A DNA stretch of 54,715 nt, filler included, from Asterionella formosa (taxonomy: Eukaryota): NCBI GenBank assembly GCA_002256025.1. It is 5 parts of 5 records of this genome, joined end to end, with 100 filler letters (N's around TTAATTAATTAA, not from the genome) between each part and the next. Parts side by side here need not be neighbours in the genome. Positions count along the whole stretch, not along the records: positions 43,859 to 54,715 come from NKIB01009095.1; 4 more parts are not named here. The stretch is one strand, 5' to 3'. The notes under the pieces are model-generated. The model ran no database searches. It worked only from the letters and a program-made list of their open reading frames with translations, and was not told where the DNA came from. Numbering within the stretch: the first letter of the stretch is position 1; each line of letters opens with the position of its first letter. This document shows positions 51,551 to 54,715 of this stretch, piece after piece. The position numbers and the translations under genes were made by a program.

Positions 51551-52836
51551 CAGCTGTATTGATTTGTCAGCCAATCTTGGCCACATTTTAGGCTTAAGCT
51601 AATACATACATGGCGATCGTTAGTTTGAAATGTGGCCAAGATTGGCTGAAAGATGAAGAAGTTGAAAATCGCGAAGTATCAACAATAAGTTTTTTCGGAG
51701 TTTTAGCGCTGGTATGTTTCATCGTAGAAACGTCAACTAGAAGTAGCTTCATCACGATGAAGCTAGACAAAACTACTGGTACTCATTAATACGAAGGATT
51801 GTCACGACGATGGGCTTGATTTGTTCAAGCGACAATTACTCTACTACCAACTGGGATGTTTTGCTCCGCTTTTCCACAGGGCTGTTGACCTCAAAGAACG
51901 CTAACATCGTGCCGTGAGTGATACCATTTTACAGAAACAATAATCGAAGAGTTGTCTGTATTTGAATGCAGCTAGTGGAAACGACAATCAACAGGTTGAT
52001 GCAAGCACCTCAACACTCACTTCATCCAACAACCAACTGTCCCTATTTTTGTATAGACCAACTAAACCATTTACTCTAACAGTCATACATAGTCTCCAAT
52101 GCCTCCAAATAGACAGGCCTGTTGCCTTTAAATGTTGTTTTTAGATCCGTAGTGGTCTTAAAAGTTACCGCCATGGTCGTTTAAAAGTCACTACCGGTAG
52201 CTTTGTCGTGTTAATTGATTTTTCGGGGTGTCAAATCAATTTTGACAGATGATTACTATAAACTAGTTTTAAAAAGTACTATAGGGTTTTAGTGACAAGC
52301 CTCTTCAAAAAGTTCGGGGAAACTAGCAAAACAAGTTTTAGCTTTAACAACAAACCCGGAAAACTGCATTGTTGCATGTGATAGAATTTCCATTTTTGGT
52401 TCCGTGTTGGCATCAACAGTAATTCCGACACGCCGATCGTGAAGGATATTTGTATAGCCCGGTAAGCCAACCACATCGCTTACCGGTTTATGGTTTGTTA
52501 TCCCATCCTTCAAATATTTCTACATCATCAGTAAGTAGACGAAAATGATTCTATGCACTCAATCACTATCTTCGTTCTCTCCTCCATCCATCCGTCCATC
52601 CCTTCGATTGACCGAGCGCTCTTACACAATGGCCATCGCCTCTGCAAGCGACCCAACGTTCGAGCAACTTCCCGGGGACTTTGCCTGCGAACGGAACAAC
52701 TCGCTTGTGCCTCCCCGCAAAAGGGGGCTTGGCCGCGCAAGTCGATGCCAGTATCAGCAGCAGTCTGGGCGACTTGGGGACTGGCACGGGAAGCTAGCCA
52801 GCCTTTTCTCTGAAAGTTCCCCAGCTCCTGTCCTTC

Positions 52837-53790
52837 TTGGCCAATGAGCGGACTCGTATGGCCTTGTGCAACCTCATGGAAGAAGCTCTGACTAGGACGC
52901 GTACTCCGGCAGTCGACGAAGAAGCGCCCACGAAAGAACAAACCATGCAGCTGTGCGTCAAGCTGCGGGAGGACGAATCCAACGACAAGACGGCGGAAGT
53001 TCTGGCTACGGCCTTGGCCTCTCTTGTTCTCAAGTCATCACCCGAGACGGGCATTCACCCCTCCGAAGTGCCCTATCGCCAACGAGTCTTCGGTACAAAC
53101 TCGTTGGCGGAACGCAAGCTGGACAGCTTATGCAAGCTCTGCTATGATGCTTTGTTGATCATACTGGGCATTATCAGCATTGTTGCTGTAACGACCTACG
53201 GACTAGATCCAGTAGGGAAATGTGGAGCCTTTTGGGTTGAAGGCGCTGCCATTCTCATGTCAGTGTGCATTTTCGTCCTCGTCACAGAAGGTATCGAATA
53301 TGCCAAACAATCTGCATTTTTGACCTCGACCAACTCTCTACATGATACAAAGAACACCAAGGTCGTGATGCTCATGTCAGTATCATTGATGATGACATTG
53401 TCGTCGGAGATATTGTGTCGGTCAATTCTCATAACTTGGCCAGCATTCCAGCTGATTGCGTCTTACTTGGACCCATGGCAGATTTGAAAGTGGATGAAAG
53501 TACCTTGACGGGGGAGAGTAAGCTCATTGCTAAACGTCCTGGAGATGTAGTTTTGAGTGGCACATCGACAATGCAAGGAAGTGGCAAAATGATTGTCATT
53601 GCAGTTGGGCCAGACTCAGTCAGTTGCAAAATTCGGGCCCGCGTTAATAAAAGCAAAGAATCCGAGGACGATGATCTGGAAGGAGATTATGTCACTAGTC
53701 CCCCTTTTGTCAAGATGGATACAAGTGCAAAAATCATTGGATTGATTGGGACGGTTTGTGCCATTTGTGCCTTTGCGGCAACCACGGTAA
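52837..53790 (+). pseudogene. Truncated P2B (PMCA-type) Ca2+-ATPase N-terminal fragment
   Basis: RQRVFGTN, WVEGAAIL, DIVVGDIV, IPADC, VDESTLTGES, VLSGT, GSGKMIVIAVG; frameshift near 53370; ends after TM3 with no DKTGT. Confidence 0.85.
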
Positions 53791-54599
53791 CAGCTGAATG
53801 TTGTCGTCGTTTCGTCATCTCGGTATATATAGTAGTAGTACAGACAAAAGTCAACAAGCCTTTCATCCCTTTTTGGTTGTGCTCGGATTCTGCCATTGAT
53901 GCTGTTGCAAGATTTCTATTCTTTGTTTTGATGTTGGTTTTTTCAGAGATGATTAATTTGCTTTGTCGACTATGCATCGGATGCAAGGAAATTCCAATTG
54001 ATATATCAGAGGGAGAGGAGAAATTATTTGAGAGTTTTAACCAAGAACACATCAAAAAAAAGAGAGTTCCAAACTGGAAGTTGCTTTTTTTTGTCTTGAT
54101 TGTTGCAGCATTCTTACTCTGGCATGGAACAAACTACGGACCCAATGGCGATGAGCATGTGGGCATTTGTATTTATTTTCATGTACTGGGTGTGATTGTG
54201 ATTGTCATAAATGTACTCAAGTTATACTTTGGTCGACCCAGGCCTCACGCATATGACAGGTCGCGTTATAATTTGAATACCAAGAAATGTGAAGAAACTG
54301 ATCCTCGAGAATTACAGGATGCACTCATGTCTTATCCGTCGGGCCACGCTACGATCGTCACAGCCACCAGTCTTCTTTTAATTTTTGAGCTGAACCGAAT
54401 ACCACCAAGTGGGCCATTTCTTTGGTTGATTTGCTGTGCCTTTGTTGTTGTTGTTTCTTGTGTGAGTTTCTATATTGCATGGAGCAGAGTCAAAGATAGA
54501 TGGCATCATCCATCCGACATCCTTGCTGGTATTTTGCTTTCCATTTGCTTGGTCCCTATTCTTTATTGGATTGAGTTAAAACGATTGTCCATTTGGTGA
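53790..54599 (+). CDS. PAP2-family lipid phosphate phosphatase domain, in frame with the ATPase fragment (ORF 53415-54599)
   Basis: C1 KLYFGRPRP, C2 PSGH, C3 SRVKDRWHHPSD all present, with multiple TM helices. Confidence 0.85.
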   Translation, partial: TAECCRRFVISVYIVVVQTKVNKPFIPFWLCSDSAIDAVARFLFFVLMLVFSEMINLLCRLCIGCKEIPIDISEGEEKLFESFNQEHIKKKRVPNWKLLFFVLIVAAFLLWHGTNYGPNGDEHVGICIYFHVLGVIVIVINVLKLYFGRPRPHAYDRSRYNLNTKKCEETDPRELQDALMSYPSGHATIVTATSLLLIFELNRIPPSGPFLWLICCAFVVVVSCVSFYIAWSRVKDRWHHPSDILAGILLSICLVPILYWIELKRLSIW

Positions 54600-54715
54600 T
54601 TTTCATTAGCTCATCAAGTCATTCCTAGGAATGCTCGGTTTGGCCTTCTTCTGTTCCTCATGGCTGGCTGATTCGATTGTGTTAAATTATCTTCCCCGTT
54701 TGATGTTTTTCGACA

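Noticed and set aside
52148..52200. CACTA TIRs (GTAGTG/CACTAC) bounding the chimera
   Set aside because: Too short; no partner terminus or TSD in the window.

Overview
Eukaryotic nuclear DNA, most likely a diatom, judged from short GT-AG introns, a bipartite plastid presequence, diatom-style LRR membrane proteins and CoDi-like Copia elements. It is not one locus. Five contigs of decreasing length (1-10871, 10972-21840, 21941-32800, 32901-43758, 43859-54715) are joined by artificial 100-nt N44-TTAATTAATTAA-N44 linkers. Six complete host genes and one partial gene lie among many decayed transposons: Ty3/Gypsy, two Ty1/Copia, PIF/Harbinger, Mutator-like, a Plavaka-like element and MITEs. Highlights: (1) a tRNA-headed SINE-like insertion with a perfect 16-bp target-site duplication inside a Gypsy pol; (2) a ~10-kb multi-gene Plavaka-like element with a convergent Ulp1/SUMO-protease-like ORF, plus a second partial copy joined to an armadillo-repeat ORF; (3) a truncated Ca2+-ATPase fused in frame to a motif-complete PAP2 phosphatase; (4) a Copia pol with a PDZ-like insert and an ATDD RT motif; (5) clustered GTACCWG palindromic arrays near gene 5' ends. 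All family calls come from motif recognition by eye, with no database searches.
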